DNA from: Microgenomates group bacterium
GTDB lineage: Bacteria > Patescibacteriota > Microgenomatia > Daviesbacterales > UBA10151
Direction: 5' to 3'
DNA: 64,000 nt
Assembly: GCA_041659805.1 (NCBI GenBank)
Contig: JBAZXP010000001.1
Location: forward strand, 640,589 to 704,588
Below the pieces are notes generated by a model, which was given only the letters and a program-made list of their open reading frames with translations, was not told the origin of the DNA and ran no database searches. Shown piece after piece: positions 20,717-30,072 of the stretch. Both the position numbers and the translations under genes were made by a program. Within the stretch, counting starts at the first letter, position 1; the number at the start of each line of letters is the position of its first letter.

Positions 20717-23700
20717 ATGCCTAAATTTGTTCATCTTCATGGTCATAGTGAATATTCTCTTTTAGACGGTTTATCCAAGATAAAAAAACTTGTAAAAGTT
20801 GCCAAAGAATATGATATGCCAGCTATAGCTGTGACTGATCACGGAGTAATGTATGGCGCAATTGAATTTTATAAATCAGCTCTGGAAGAAAATATTAAAC
20901 CTATTGTTGGCTGTGAGGTTTATGTGGCAAAAAGATCCCACAAAGATAAAGAAGGAAAGATAGATACAGAACCATACCATTTAACACTGCTAGCTAAAAA
21001 TTATAAAGGCTATAAAAATTTGATGAAGCTGGTGTCTATTGCTCATCTTGACGGTTATTACTACAAACCCAGGGTGGATAAAGATTTGCTTAAGGAATAT
21101 CACGAAGGAATCATCGCTTTGTCTGGTTGTCCAGGTGGTGAATTTGCAGAAAGCTTAAAACCAGATAGCTTTAAAGATGGGGAAGAAATCGCCCGTAAGT
21201 ATTTAGAAATTTTTGGTGAAGGAAATTACTTTATGGAGTTGCAGAATCATGAATATGAATCTTTATTGCTAAAACATGCTAATTCTGATCCTAAAATTAA
21301 AGCAGATTTGGAAAGAATGGCTAATTTTCAAAAAATGTGGTGGAAAGCAGTCAAAGAAATCAGTCCAAAAATTGGAGTTCCAATAGTTGCTACCAATGAT
21401 TACCATTATGTGAAACAGGATGATGCAAATGCACAAGATGCAGTCCTTTGTGTGCAAACAGGTAAATTTATAAAAGACATTGATAGGCTCCGGATGATCG
21501 ATACCCCTAATCTTTATATCCGCTCAGGAGATGAAATGGCAAATATGTTTTCTGAAGTACCTGATGCAATTTCCAATACAGTTAAAGTGGCAGATATGAC
21601 TAATTTGGAGATTCCTTTAGGAAAAGCCTACTTTCCTATTTTTGATATACCACAAGGTTTGACACCTATGGACTATTTAAGGCAACTTTGCGAGGAAGGT
21701 TTTAACCAAAAATATCCTGAAGGTGCTAAATTACCAGCTCCCTTAGAAGTTTTAAGAGAGAGGTTGGAATATGAGCTGTCAGTCATTGAAAAGAAAAATT
21801 ACCCCACTTATTTTTTAATTGTTTCAGATTTTATTAAGTGGTCTCATGATCAAAGAATTATTACCAACACCAGGGGTTCTGCTGCAGGCTCGCTTGTACT
21901 TTTTTGTTTAGGGGTAACTAACATTGATCCGATTGCATATATGTTACCTTTTGAAAGGTTTTTAAATCCTATGAGGCCGTCACTCCCTGATATTGATTCC
22001 GATATTGCAGATGATCGCCGTGACGATGTTATCAGGTACATTAGGGATAAATATGGACAGGATAAAGTGGCACACATTATTACTTACGGAACTATGATGG
22101 GGCGTGCTGCCATCCGCGATATTGGGAGGGTTTTAGGACTTCCTTATGGACAGGTTGATGGAATTGCCAAGCTTGTTCCTCCTCCCAGACAGGGTTTTCA
22201 TCAGACCTTGGACGATGCTTTAAAAGAAGTACCGGAATTGAGTGTGCAATATAAGCAGGATCCTGAAGTGAGAACTTTGATTGATCTGGCTAAAAAAGTT
22301 GAAGGAACAATCAGGCATGCTTCAGTCCATGCAGCAGGCTTGGTCATTGCTCCTACACCTCTCACTGATTTTACCCCAATTCAGAGGGAATCTAAGGGAG
22401 AAAAGATTGTGACCCAATATGAGATGCACGCAATAGAAGATGTAGGCTTGGTTAAAATGGATATGTTGGGAATAAGAAATCTTTCTATTTTAGGGCGGGC
22501 TGTTGCGATCGTAAAAGAAACTCATGGATTAGATATAGATTTAAATAATCTGCCTTTAGATGATGAGCAAAGCTCCATCCATCCTGAATATCCTAAGGAT
22601 GGATGTAAAAAAACGTATGAACTATTAGGCAGAGGGGACACTATTGGGCTTTTCCAGCTTGAGGGTTCTGGTATGACTAAATATTTAGTTGATCTGAAGC
22701 CAACCAATATTTTTGATATTTCGGCAATGGTTGCTTTATATCGTCCTGGTCCTTTGGCAATTATTCCTGAATATATTGCCCGCAAACACAATCCCAAACT
22801 CATTAAATATTTTGACCCAAGGATGGAAGAATATTTACAAAGGTCCTTAGGGCTTTTGGTTTATCAGGATGATGTTTTATTAACTGCTATAAAAATTGCA
22901 GGATATGACTGGGAGGAAGCAGATAAATTCAGAAAAGCTATGGGTAAAAAGATTCCTGCAGAAATGGCTAAACAAAAAGATCATTTTATTACAGGTTCAA
23001 TTAAGAATGGAATGGATAAAAAACAAGCAGAAGAGTTGTTTAAATTAATTGAGCCGTTTGCGGCGTATGGGTTTAATAAGGCTCATGCAGCCTCTTATGC
23101 CATGGTGGCTTATCAAACTGCATATATGAAGGCAAACTATACAGCAGAGTTTATGGCGGCTGTGATGACTGCTGAGTATGGGGATCCGGATAAGATTTCA
23201 GCTGCGATGGAAGAATGTAAAAGGCTGGGGATTATTGTTTTGCCTCCTGATGTAAATAAGTCAAAAGTTGATTTTACTTTGCAGAATATAAAAGATCTAA
23301 CAGAAGATCAATTAAAACGTCAGATTGGTGAAACAAAGGCCAATACACACGAGAAAGCCATTATTTTTGGGTTGTCTGCCATTAAAAATGTTGGCATCTC
23401 TGCAATAGAATCAATATTAAAAGCCAGACAAAAAGGAGAATTTAAATCTTTGGCAGATCTTTGCTCCAGAGTTGATAACCGTTTGGTAAATAAAAAAACT
23501 TTAGAAAGCTTAATTAAATCAGGGGCTATGGATTCGCTTGGTAGTAGGGCTTCTCAGCTTTTGGTGATGGAACAAATTTTAGAAAAAGTTCACCAAAATG
23601 CCAAAAAAGCAGTTTCAGGCCAGGTGGGTTTATTCAGTGAAGAAGAAAGTGTGAATGTTATAAATATAGATTTGCCTGAAATAGAAGAATTAGCACTGGA

Positions 23701-24391
23701 TCAAATGTTAGCCTTTGAAAAAGATTTGTTGGGATTTTATTTACATGAACCACCTTATATTAAGCTGTTGGCTCAAATCGGTAAATATACTTCTTATAAA
23801 ATTTCTGATTTGTCTGAGCATATTGTGGGGCAAAAAGTGGTTGTGGGAGGAGTAATTATGGAATTAAAAAAAGTTTTAACAAAGAAAAACCAATCTGAGA
23901 TGGCTTTCTTGAAAATTTCAGACTTAACTACAGAGATTGAAACTGTAGTTTTCCCTAAAACATATGAAGAAACAAAGCATTTTTTAACTAAAGATACTGT
24001 GGTAATTATTTGGGCGAAAGTTGATAACCGCGAAGATAAATTATCTCTGGTGATTGATAATATAACTCCTTTTGATCCTAATTTACCCCCTGATGCTATC
24101 GGTGAAGATGTGGAAGACAGAAAGTCCTATTCTAGTGAGCCTAAAACTTATAGAGATTTGGAAATTATGGTGCCGAAGGATTGTGGGGTAGATATTTTGC
24201 AAAAGGTAAATAAAACTCTCAGAGGATATCCCGGAAAGAAAAAAGTGGCTATATTACTCCCGAGTGGAGGTTCTGATTTAAGGATCATGGATCTGCCTTT
24301 TGGAGTTAATTTAGAGCCATTAATGATTGAAGAATTAGAACAATTATTAGGCATTGGAGCGGTTATTGATTTAAGTGCCCGAAAAGGGTAA
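20717..24391 (+). CDS. dnaE: DNA polymerase III alpha subunit
   Basis: HLHGHSEYSLLDG, RGSAAGSL, PDIDSD, HAAG, YGFNKAHA, OB fold. Confidence 0.98.
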   Translation: MPKFVHLHGHSEYSLLDGLSKIKKLVKVAKEYDMPAIAVTDHGVMYGAIEFYKSALEENIKPIVGCEVYVAKRSHKDKEGKIDTEPYHLTLLAKNYKGYKNLMKLVSIAHLDGYYYKPRVDKDLLKEYHEGIIALSGCPGGEFAESLKPDSFKDGEEIARKYLEIFGEGNYFMELQNHEYESLLLKHANSDPKIKADLERMANFQKMWWKAVKEISPKIGVPIVATNDYHYVKQDDANAQDAVLCVQTGKFIKDIDRLRMIDTPNLYIRSGDEMANMFSEVPDAISNTVKVADMTNLEIPLGKAYFPIFDIPQGLTPMDYLRQLCEEGFNQKYPEGAKLPAPLEVLRERLEYELSVIEKKNYPTYFLIVSDFIKWSHDQRIITNTRGSAAGSLVLFCLGVTNIDPIAYMLPFERFLNPMRPSLPDIDSDIADDRRDDVIRYIRDKYGQDKVAHIITYGTMMGRAAIRDIGRVLGLPYGQVDGIAKLVPPPRQGFHQTLDDALKEVPELSVQYKQDPEVRTLIDLAKKVEGTIRHASVHAAGLVIAPTPLTDFTPIQRESKGEKIVTQYEMHAIEDVGLVKMDMLGIRNLSILGRAVAIVKETHGLDIDLNNLPLDDEQSSIHPEYPKDGCKKTYELLGRGDTIGLFQLEGSGMTKYLVDLKPTNIFDISAMVALYRPGPLAIIPEYIARKHNPKLIKYFDPRMEEYLQRSLGLLVYQDDVLLTAIKIAGYDWEEADKFRKAMGKKIPAEMAKQKDHFITGSIKNGMDKKQAEELFKLIEPFAAYGFNKAHAASYAMVAYQTAYMKANYTAEFMAAVMTAEYGDPDKISAAMEECKRLGIIVLPPDVNKSKVDFTLQNIKDLTEDQLKRQIGETKANTHEKAIIFGLSAIKNVGISAIESILKARQKGEFKSLADLCSRVDNRLVNKKTLESLIKSGAMDSLGSRASQLLVMEQILEKVHQNAKKAVSGQVGLFSEEESVNVINIDLPEIEELALDQMLAFEKDLLGFYLHEPPYIKLLAQIGKYTSYKISDLSEHIVGQKVVVGGVIMELKKVLTKKNQSEMAFLKISDLTTEIETVVFPKTYEETKHFLTKDTVVIIWAKVDNREDKLSLVIDNITPFDPNLPPDAIGEDVEDRKSYSSEPKTYRDLEIMVPKDCGVDILQKVNKTLRGYPGKKKVAILLPSGGSDLRIMDLPFGVNLEPLMIEELEQLLGIGAVIDLSARKG

Positions 24392-24401
24392 AATTACTCT
24401 C

Positions 24402-24716
24402 ATGATTTCATTTGAATTGAACGATCAAAATATTCATATCGGCGACACTATCCGTGTTCACTCTACTGTGGTTGAAGGAACCAAAAGCAGGGTTCAGGTT
24501 TTTGAAGGTATTTTAATTGCTTTATCTGGTAGAGGCGAAAATAAAATGATGACTGTCAGACACATCGGTACAGGCGGAATCGGTGTTGAGAAGCAATGGC
24601 CTTTGAACGCGAAATCAATTGTTAAAATTGAGGTTATGAAACATGCAAAAAATGTCAGACGAAGCAAATTATATTATCTTAGAAATCTAATTGGACGTAA
24701 CGCCACAAGAGTATAA
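24402..24716 (+). CDS. rplS: 50S ribosomal protein L19
   Basis: GDTIRV..EG..RVQVFEG..VRRSKLYYLR; ATG 24402. Confidence 0.95.
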   Translation: MISFELNDQNIHIGDTIRVHSTVVEGTKSRVQVFEGILIALSGRGENKMMTVRHIGTGGIGVEKQWPLNAKSIVKIEVMKHAKNVRRSKLYYLRNLIGRNATRV

Positions 24717-25328
24717 GTGATTTTCCCTACATTAAATTTTGAACAAGAACTTTGGAGTCAAGGTTTTAAATTAGTTTGCGGTATTGATGAAGTAGGACGT
24801 GGTTGTTTTGCAGGACCAGTAGTTGCAGGAGCTGTAGTTTTCCCTAAAGATATTATTTTGCCTACAGGTATTGCTGATTCAAAACTTTTAACTCCTCAAA
24901 AAAGAGAAATATTAACTTTAGAAATTAAGAAAGTGGCCTTATTTTGGGCAGTAGGAGAAATAAGCGTTCTACATATCAATAAGTTAGGAATAGGAAAAGC
25001 TACCCAGACGGCTTTTAGAAAAGCTATTAGTAATTTATCCAAAACCCCAGATTTCTATTTAATTGATGCTTTTTTTATTAAACATTTAGATAAAGTAAAA
25101 CAAAAACCAATAAAATTTGGTGATAAAATTTGTGCTTCAATTTCTGCTGCTTCCATAATTGCTAAGGTTTATAGAGATGATTTAATGAGAAAATTGCATA
25201 AAATATATCCGCAATATAATTTTGAGCAGAATAAAGGCTATGGAACTAAAGATCACAGAGATGCTATTAAAAAACATGGGCTATGTAAAATTCACAGAAC
25301 CTCTTTTAATTTAGACAAGTTTTTATGA
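24717..25328 (+). CDS. rnhB: Ribonuclease HII
   Basis: GIDEVGRG, DSK, ISAASIIAKV, NKGYGT. Confidence 0.96.
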   Translation: MIFPTLNFEQELWSQGFKLVCGIDEVGRGCFAGPVVAGAVVFPKDIILPTGIADSKLLTPQKREILTLEIKKVALFWAVGEISVLHINKLGIGKATQTAFRKAISNLSKTPDFYLIDAFFIKHLDKVKQKPIKFGDKICASISAASIIAKVYRDDLMRKLHKIYPQYNFEQNKGYGTKDHRDAIKKHGLCKIHRTSFNLDKFL

Positions 25329-25340
25329 CATAATAAATTT

Positions 25341-25700
25341 ATGTCAAATCTTACAACGGGAAATATCGGTGAGGATTTGGCAGTTAAATATCTTCAGAAA
25401 CAAGGTTATAAAATCCTGGAAAAAAATTACAGAATCAGAGGTGGAGAGATTGACATTGTGGCGTCTGACAAAGAATATTTAGTTTTTGTGGAAGTTAAAA
25501 CAAGATCTTCTCATGAGTATGGTTTGCCGGTTGAGGCAATAACTTTTTGGAAAATTAAGCATTTGCTAAAAACTGCCCAGTTTTATTTACAAAAAATTAA
25601 GTGGGGAGATAAACCATATAGATTAGATTTTATCTCAGTAGATTTTGCAAATTCTAAAAACGATCCTGAAATTACTTTGATAAAAAATATTACAGAATAA
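25341..25700 (+). CDS. yraN: YraN family endonuclease-like protein
   Basis: GEDLA..YL..GEIDIVA..VFVEVKTR; rplS-rnhB-yraN synteny. Confidence 0.92.
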   Translation: MSNLTTGNIGEDLAVKYLQKQGYKILEKNYRIRGGEIDIVASDKEYLVFVEVKTRSSHEYGLPVEAITFWKIKHLLKTAQFYLQKIKWGDKPYRLDFISVDFANSKNDPEITLIKNITE

Positions 25701-25742
25701 AGATATTGACATTTTTTATAGGGCTACTTATTCTGGTATGCA

Positions 25743-26303
25743 ATGCCAAGTAGTTCTGAAAGAAGGCTTATTAATTGGTTTGCTCGCAGTATATACAACA
25801 CTCAAAATGCGCCCAAAATAGTTGAAGTAAAAGCAGATAGAGAACAAGAAGCCCCTGATTCAATTTGTAAACTGGATGATGGCAGTGTGATTGCTCTAGA
25901 GTTGACTTCATTTGGTCCACCTAAAGGTACTACAGACAGGAACACCCCTTCTTGCACAAAGGATTTTGCGCCTTTGATAAAAACTTTGGGTAAAAAATTA
26001 CATAATGATTACAGAATTCCTGAAGCAGATGAGGTTTGGTTATTGGTTCATCTTCGCTACACTATGGAAAAAGAATTGGTTAAGGCTGTTTTGAAAGATC
26101 TTGAGATTCCTCCCAGATTTAATAAAATTTTTGTAGAATGGCCATTACCTCAAAAAACAGAAAGAATGAGTGTTAATGTTTTAGAATTGCCTTCATGCGA
26201 TCTTTGGGTGCCTGATTTGCCCAGACCCAACCGTTTTGTAAACCGCCTTCATTTACTTGACACAGAGACTTCTATCAAGGATCATAGACTTATTAATGAA
26301 TGA
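25743..26303 (+). CDS. Hypothetical protein with PD..E restriction-endonuclease-like motif
   Basis: E..APDSICKLDDGSVIALELT. Confidence 0.55.
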   Translation: MPSSSERRLINWFARSIYNTQNAPKIVEVKADREQEAPDSICKLDDGSVIALELTSFGPPKGTTDRNTPSCTKDFAPLIKTLGKKLHNDYRIPEADEVWLLVHLRYTMEKELVKAVLKDLEIPPRFNKIFVEWPLPQKTERMSVNVLELPSCDLWVPDLPRPNRFVNRLHLLDTETSIKDHRLINE

Positions 26304-26318
26304 GCTGTTTTATATTTT

Positions 26319-26456
26319 ATGCCTAAAACTCCGGAAGAGATTGCAAATGAATGCAACACAGTTCGTCAGAGCATAATCAGGATTAAAACTCAGGCATTGA
26401 GAAAACTATGTCATCATTCAATTAACAAAGAACTAAGAAATTTTTTAGTCAGGTAA
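26319..26456 (+). CDS. 45-aa stand-alone sigma-70 region 4.2-like peptide (or remnant)
   Basis: Hand translation MPKTPEEIANECNTVRQSIIRIKTQALRKLCHHSINKELRNFLVR resembles the RpoD C-terminus; below ORF-track cutoff. Confidence 0.55.
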   Translation: MPKTPEEIANECNTVRQSIIRIKTQALRKLCHHSINKELRNFLVR

Positions 26457-27134
26457 TTGGGGTAAATTTATAGGCGAGCCTTTTAGTCTATTCATTTTAA
26501 AGGCTAAATAATCTAAGTTACGACTTTTAGAAGGTGCATAATCAGCATTTATTGCCGAGTTTTGATTTAAAGCTGGGGTCCATTTGGAGAGAATCGGTTT
26601 TGCAAAATTAGGGATCTGTACTAGCATTGTTCCGTTATCGGCTAATTTTTTCCACATTTCATTTATCAGGAAATAGTAAATATCGTCACTGATAGGAAGT
26701 GAATATAACGCACCCTGAGGCATGCTGAGAATAAAATTCTGTTGCGAAGGAATTTTTTTCCAAAGACTATTTGATAGAACTTTTCCGGTAATAATGGAAA
26801 TTTTTCTTTTTGTATCCTCCTCTTTTTCCTGATCAGTACGGTTATCAGCTAGCCTAACAGCAATACCCTTTGTTGGTCTGAGCTCTTTTAGAAGCTGTGT
26901 GCCTCCCATTATATTCATGACATATGTGCTTTCCGGGTGGGAAGATTTATATTCGCTTATTGTTTCATATAGCGGCTTATCTAATACTGGTGCAAAAAAA
27001 CTTTCAAATTGCGAAAGATTTTCATTATCGAATCTCCAGGCTTCTTCGCCTCCCTGTCGTTGCGCCTCCTCTTCCAAAGCTATCTTTTTTGTTTCCCGTT
27101 GAGTCTTTAATAATTCGCCTAGTAGGTCTGACAT
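26445..27134 (-). CDS. Hypothetical protein, possibly degenerate methyltransferase fold
   Basis: YVMNIMGG and WKKLADNGTMLV resemble SAM-MTase motif I and post-II motif. Confidence 0.55.
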   Translation of the reverse strand: MSDLLGELLKTQRETKKIALEEEAQRQGGEEAWRFDNENLSQFESFFAPVLDKPLYETISEYKSSHPESTYVMNIMGGTQLLKELRPTKGIAVRLADNRTDQEKEEDTKRKISIITGKVLSNSLWKKIPSQQNFILSMPQGALYSLPISDDIYYFLINEMWKKLADNGTMLVQIPNFAKPILSKWTPALNQNSAINADYAPSKSRNLDYLAFKMNRLKGSPINLPQLPD

Positions 27135-27227
27135 AAAATTTGTATATTCACGATATGTAAAAGTTGATATCTTGTCAAGAAGGTTATCAGCTGGTAGCGC
27201 ACCCCAAGGATACTTACTACTTTGTAG

Positions 27228-27300
27228 TAGCGCCTACGGGATTCGAACCCGTGATTACTGGGATGAAAACCCAGTGTCCTAACCACTAGACGAAGGCGCC
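27228..27300 (-). tRNA. tRNA-Glu(TTC)
   Basis: GGCGCCT..CTGGG TT TTC AT CCCAG..ACGGG TTCGAAT CCCGT AGGCGCT A. Confidence 0.95.
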
Positions 27301-27310
27301 GTTTCATTTT

Positions 27311-27353
27311 GCCTTCATCTGCGAGAGCAAAGCTCTCTAATGACGAAGGCGCC
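27311..27353. repeat. Hairpin containing a 12-bp copy of the tRNA-Glu 5' end
   Basis: GCCTTCATC..GAGAGC AAA GCTCTC..GACGAAGGC; 27342..27353 equals 27289..27300. Confidence 0.7.
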
Positions 27354-27439
27354 ATGTTTTTATTGCCGTAATATATATTTTATCAGATTGAGGCTGACTT
27401 GACAACAAAATTTTCACGATGTTTAATATGAATGTAGCT

Positions 27440-27694
27440 ATGGGAAAAATTTTAGGAATTATTCTTGTATTAGTAGCGCTAGCAGGTGGGGTAGTTTATT
27501 ACACAACAAATCAGCGTACAGCGGCTCCTGTAGCTCCGAAAGTCAGCCTATCAACAGCAATTCCCACCGTAACTCCTGTTTCTTTAAATACCAGTGATGA
27601 GGCACTTGATTCAGATTTATCCGCCTTGGATAAAGATCTACTAGAATTGGATAAATCAGACAAGGCACTTACAAATGATATAAATTCCTTATGA
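27440..27694 (+). CDS. Small membrane-anchored protein with acidic coiled-coil tail
   Basis: TM, Pro/Thr linker, SDEALDSDLSALDKDL; start probably ATG 27440. Confidence 0.75.
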   Translation: MGKILGIILVLVALAGGVVYYTTNQRTAAPVAPKVSLSTAIPTVTPVSLNTSDEALDSDLSALDKDLLELDKSDKALTNDINSL

Positions 27695-28266
27695 AAAAAA
27701 TAATTTCTACATTACTTGTTATATTTGTTTTTTCTTTAGCTTTATCACCTATCTTAGCCAAAGAAAAAGAAGACTCTGATAAAGTTTTGGGCAAAGAAAG
27801 AGCTTCAATTGCACAGGAAAATAGAGGGAACAAACCCGAAATTGTAAGCACAAAATCAGGAGAAGAAGACAAGAAAATTAAAGTGAGGACAGCAGTTACA
27901 TCAAGATGGACTGCTTATGATAAATTAATAATCAGAGCAGGGCAGCTTTTAGATAAAATACAAATTAGAATAAACAGAGCTAAGGCTGCAGGGGCTGACA
28001 CTAAGAGTTCAGAAGCGTTGATGACAGATGCCAGGGCAAAATTGACAGATGCTAAGTCTAAAATGGATGCTCTTAAAAGTTTGGTGGGAACTGGCTTAGA
28101 TAAAAATAGTTTCAAGAATGCTCAAATGAATCTTCAGACAGTACATAAAGACTTAAATATCGTGAGACAGGATGTAGCTAAAATTATCAGTAATCTAAAA
28201 TCTTATAATGCTTCTACTAAGTCTGCAGAACTTCGTTCTACCACCTCTGCTGATAAAAAAGATTAA
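27691..28266 (+). CDS. Secreted alpha-helical coiled-coil protein
   Basis: Signal peptide, RINRAKAAGADT heptad segment; overlaps upstream stop. Confidence 0.75.
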   Translation: MKKIISTLLVIFVFSLALSPILAKEKEDSDKVLGKERASIAQENRGNKPEIVSTKSGEEDKKIKVRTAVTSRWTAYDKLIIRAGQLLDKIQIRINRAKAAGADTKSSEALMTDARAKLTDAKSKMDALKSLVGTGLDKNSFKNAQMNLQTVHKDLNIVRQDVAKIISNLKSYNASTKSAELRSTTSADKKD

Positions 28267-28587
28267 ATTTTGCGCTTTAAACTTGACAAAATATACCCAA
28301 TGCTTTTAAATAAATTTCTAAGGAAATATCTGCGGAGATAAAACCTTAACTGCCAAAATCTGCCCCTGCCTTCTCCGTCATATAAACCCCATACTCTCTG
28401 CCTGTATGGTTTACACCACACAGAAGGGAGGAGAAATAAATGAGAAGACTTATATTTGCTCCTGTAGGCTCTTACAAAAATTATATGCCTATTGCAGGCA
28501 AGGGGTATCATTAGTTAAAAATTAGAAAAACTTCAAAATACTTTCATATTGAGCCTGTTTGGTGTAAAATATCAGTGTATTCTAGTC

Positions 28588-28660
28588 GGCCCGTTAGCTC
28601 AATGGTTAGAGCAGTAGCCTTTTAAGCTATTGGTTCTGAGTTCGAATCTCAGACGGGTCA
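28588..28660 (+). tRNA. tRNA-Lys(TTT)
   Basis: GGCCCGT..GTAGC CT TTT AA GCTAT..CTGAG TTCGAAT CTCAG ACGGGTC A. Confidence 0.95.
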
Positions 28661-28708
28661 CACCCTATAGTTTGAATTTTGTACTTACCTAAAGTATAAT
28701 ATCAAGCT

Positions 28709-29923
28709 ATGATAAGCGAACTTCTGGTTCCCAGAAAACCAATTACTTTTACTCCTCTTGAAGAAGGCAGGTTTATTGCTTTATCAAATGACGTACCTGA
28801 TGTGTTGAAGCAACCAATGATTAGGTCTGAAGGAGGCTTATTAAAAGGCTATGAAAGTGGTTGGAGATCCGGATTAATTAAGTCCGAAAATCAATTGTAT
28901 AAAATAAAAAGCTGTAGACCTGTAGGAGGAAAGCGGGGAAATCAACCTAGGGGATCACATGTTTTATCAAGCGCACAATTTGAAGCGGATGATATGTTGG
29001 AAAGAAGAGAGGTTTTTTTAAAAAATGGCTTTGATTATCCTCTAGAACCAATTGGAATATGGGTTTATGATCATGTAAAGTTTAATGGCGAATCAAATGC
29101 AGCCACTCTTTATAGGGCTAAAGGTGACACTCGGCTTGATGAACTTATTTGGTGGGTTGAAAGAAGTCCTTATGAATATGCTTCATCAGAATACGCCAGT
29201 CAATTGTCTTATGCTTTTGACGAGTTAGGTTATCAAACTGGGAAAAGGTTAAAGTCCTTTCATGAAAATAATTTTTCCTGGGATTCTAGCCCAGTAACAA
29301 AAGCAAGTAATGCTCATCTTGGAAATATTGTTATTTTCCCTACTGATTCAGGAGCAGCTGAAGTAGGGATGGTGGATTTTGATATTTCCATTGGTTATCT
29401 AGATGGAGATCCAAAAGAATTACAGGAAACTGTAAAAATTATTCAAAAAAATGATCTTACCCGTTTTTGCTATTGGATGAATACTTCTGAGGTGGTAAGT
29501 AGGGCAAGAAGGATAAAATATTTTCACCCGTTTGTTGCCGGCAAAATTGTTGATTGTGTAATTAATCAAAATATTCCAGATTTAGACTGGGAAGAAGAAA
29601 TTGAAACCATTGGAATGGCAGGAGGTTATTTACTAAGAGCGTTAAATCCTTGTGAGGATATAGATAATCTTAAAAAAGAAATATGGCTAGGCTTTAAAAG
29701 TGGGTACAAGGGAAGTAATATCGAAAGTGAGGAGAGTCAAAAAATGTCTATTACCTGGGATGAGCTTGCAAGAATCCTTGGCCAGGCAAATAAAATTAGG
29801 CGGAATTTTATCAAAAGGCTTAAAGAGGAAATAGGACCAGACGCAGATAGAAATAGAATAAAAGAATTGGCATTATTTTATGATCGTAGAATTTCTCAAC
29901 ACACACAAAAAACTTTTGGTTAA
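28709..29923 (+). CDS. Hypothetical protein with atypical protein-kinase-like fold (SelO-like?)
   Basis: GWRSG..YKIKS..RG..LSSAQFE..FH..NAHLGN..VDFD ordering. Confidence 0.55.
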   Translation: MISELLVPRKPITFTPLEEGRFIALSNDVPDVLKQPMIRSEGGLLKGYESGWRSGLIKSENQLYKIKSCRPVGGKRGNQPRGSHVLSSAQFEADDMLERREVFLKNGFDYPLEPIGIWVYDHVKFNGESNAATLYRAKGDTRLDELIWWVERSPYEYASSEYASQLSYAFDELGYQTGKRLKSFHENNFSWDSSPVTKASNAHLGNIVIFPTDSGAAEVGMVDFDISIGYLDGDPKELQETVKIIQKNDLTRFCYWMNTSEVVSRARRIKYFHPFVAGKIVDCVINQNIPDLDWEEEIETIGMAGGYLLRALNPCEDIDNLKKEIWLGFKSGYKGSNIESEESQKMSITWDELARILGQANKIRRNFIKRLKEEIGPDADRNRIKELALFYDRRISQHTQKTFG

Positions 29924-30072
29924 AATAAACGTTTAGTAAGCGGGCCCAAAGTAAGATCTATATGGTCTCCTTTTCTTGTAAAGGCATCAATTGGATGTTT
30001 AAACGTTTCATTATCAAATTCCATTGCCGAATTATCCTATATTATAGGACTAAAAGCAAGAAGTTTGTGAAG

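Noticed and set aside
20717-24391. Intein or intron in dnaE
   Set aside because: Only short insertions; no C/S...HN splice motifs or homing nuclease; length is ordinary
27119-27355. 78-aa ORF
   Set aside because: It is a translation of tRNA-Glu and its flanking hairpin
28263-28511. 82-aa minus-strand ORF or possible ncRNA before tRNA-Lys
   Set aside because: No motif, atypical composition, and no recognisable tmRNA, RNase P or SRP features; cannot be supported without cmscan
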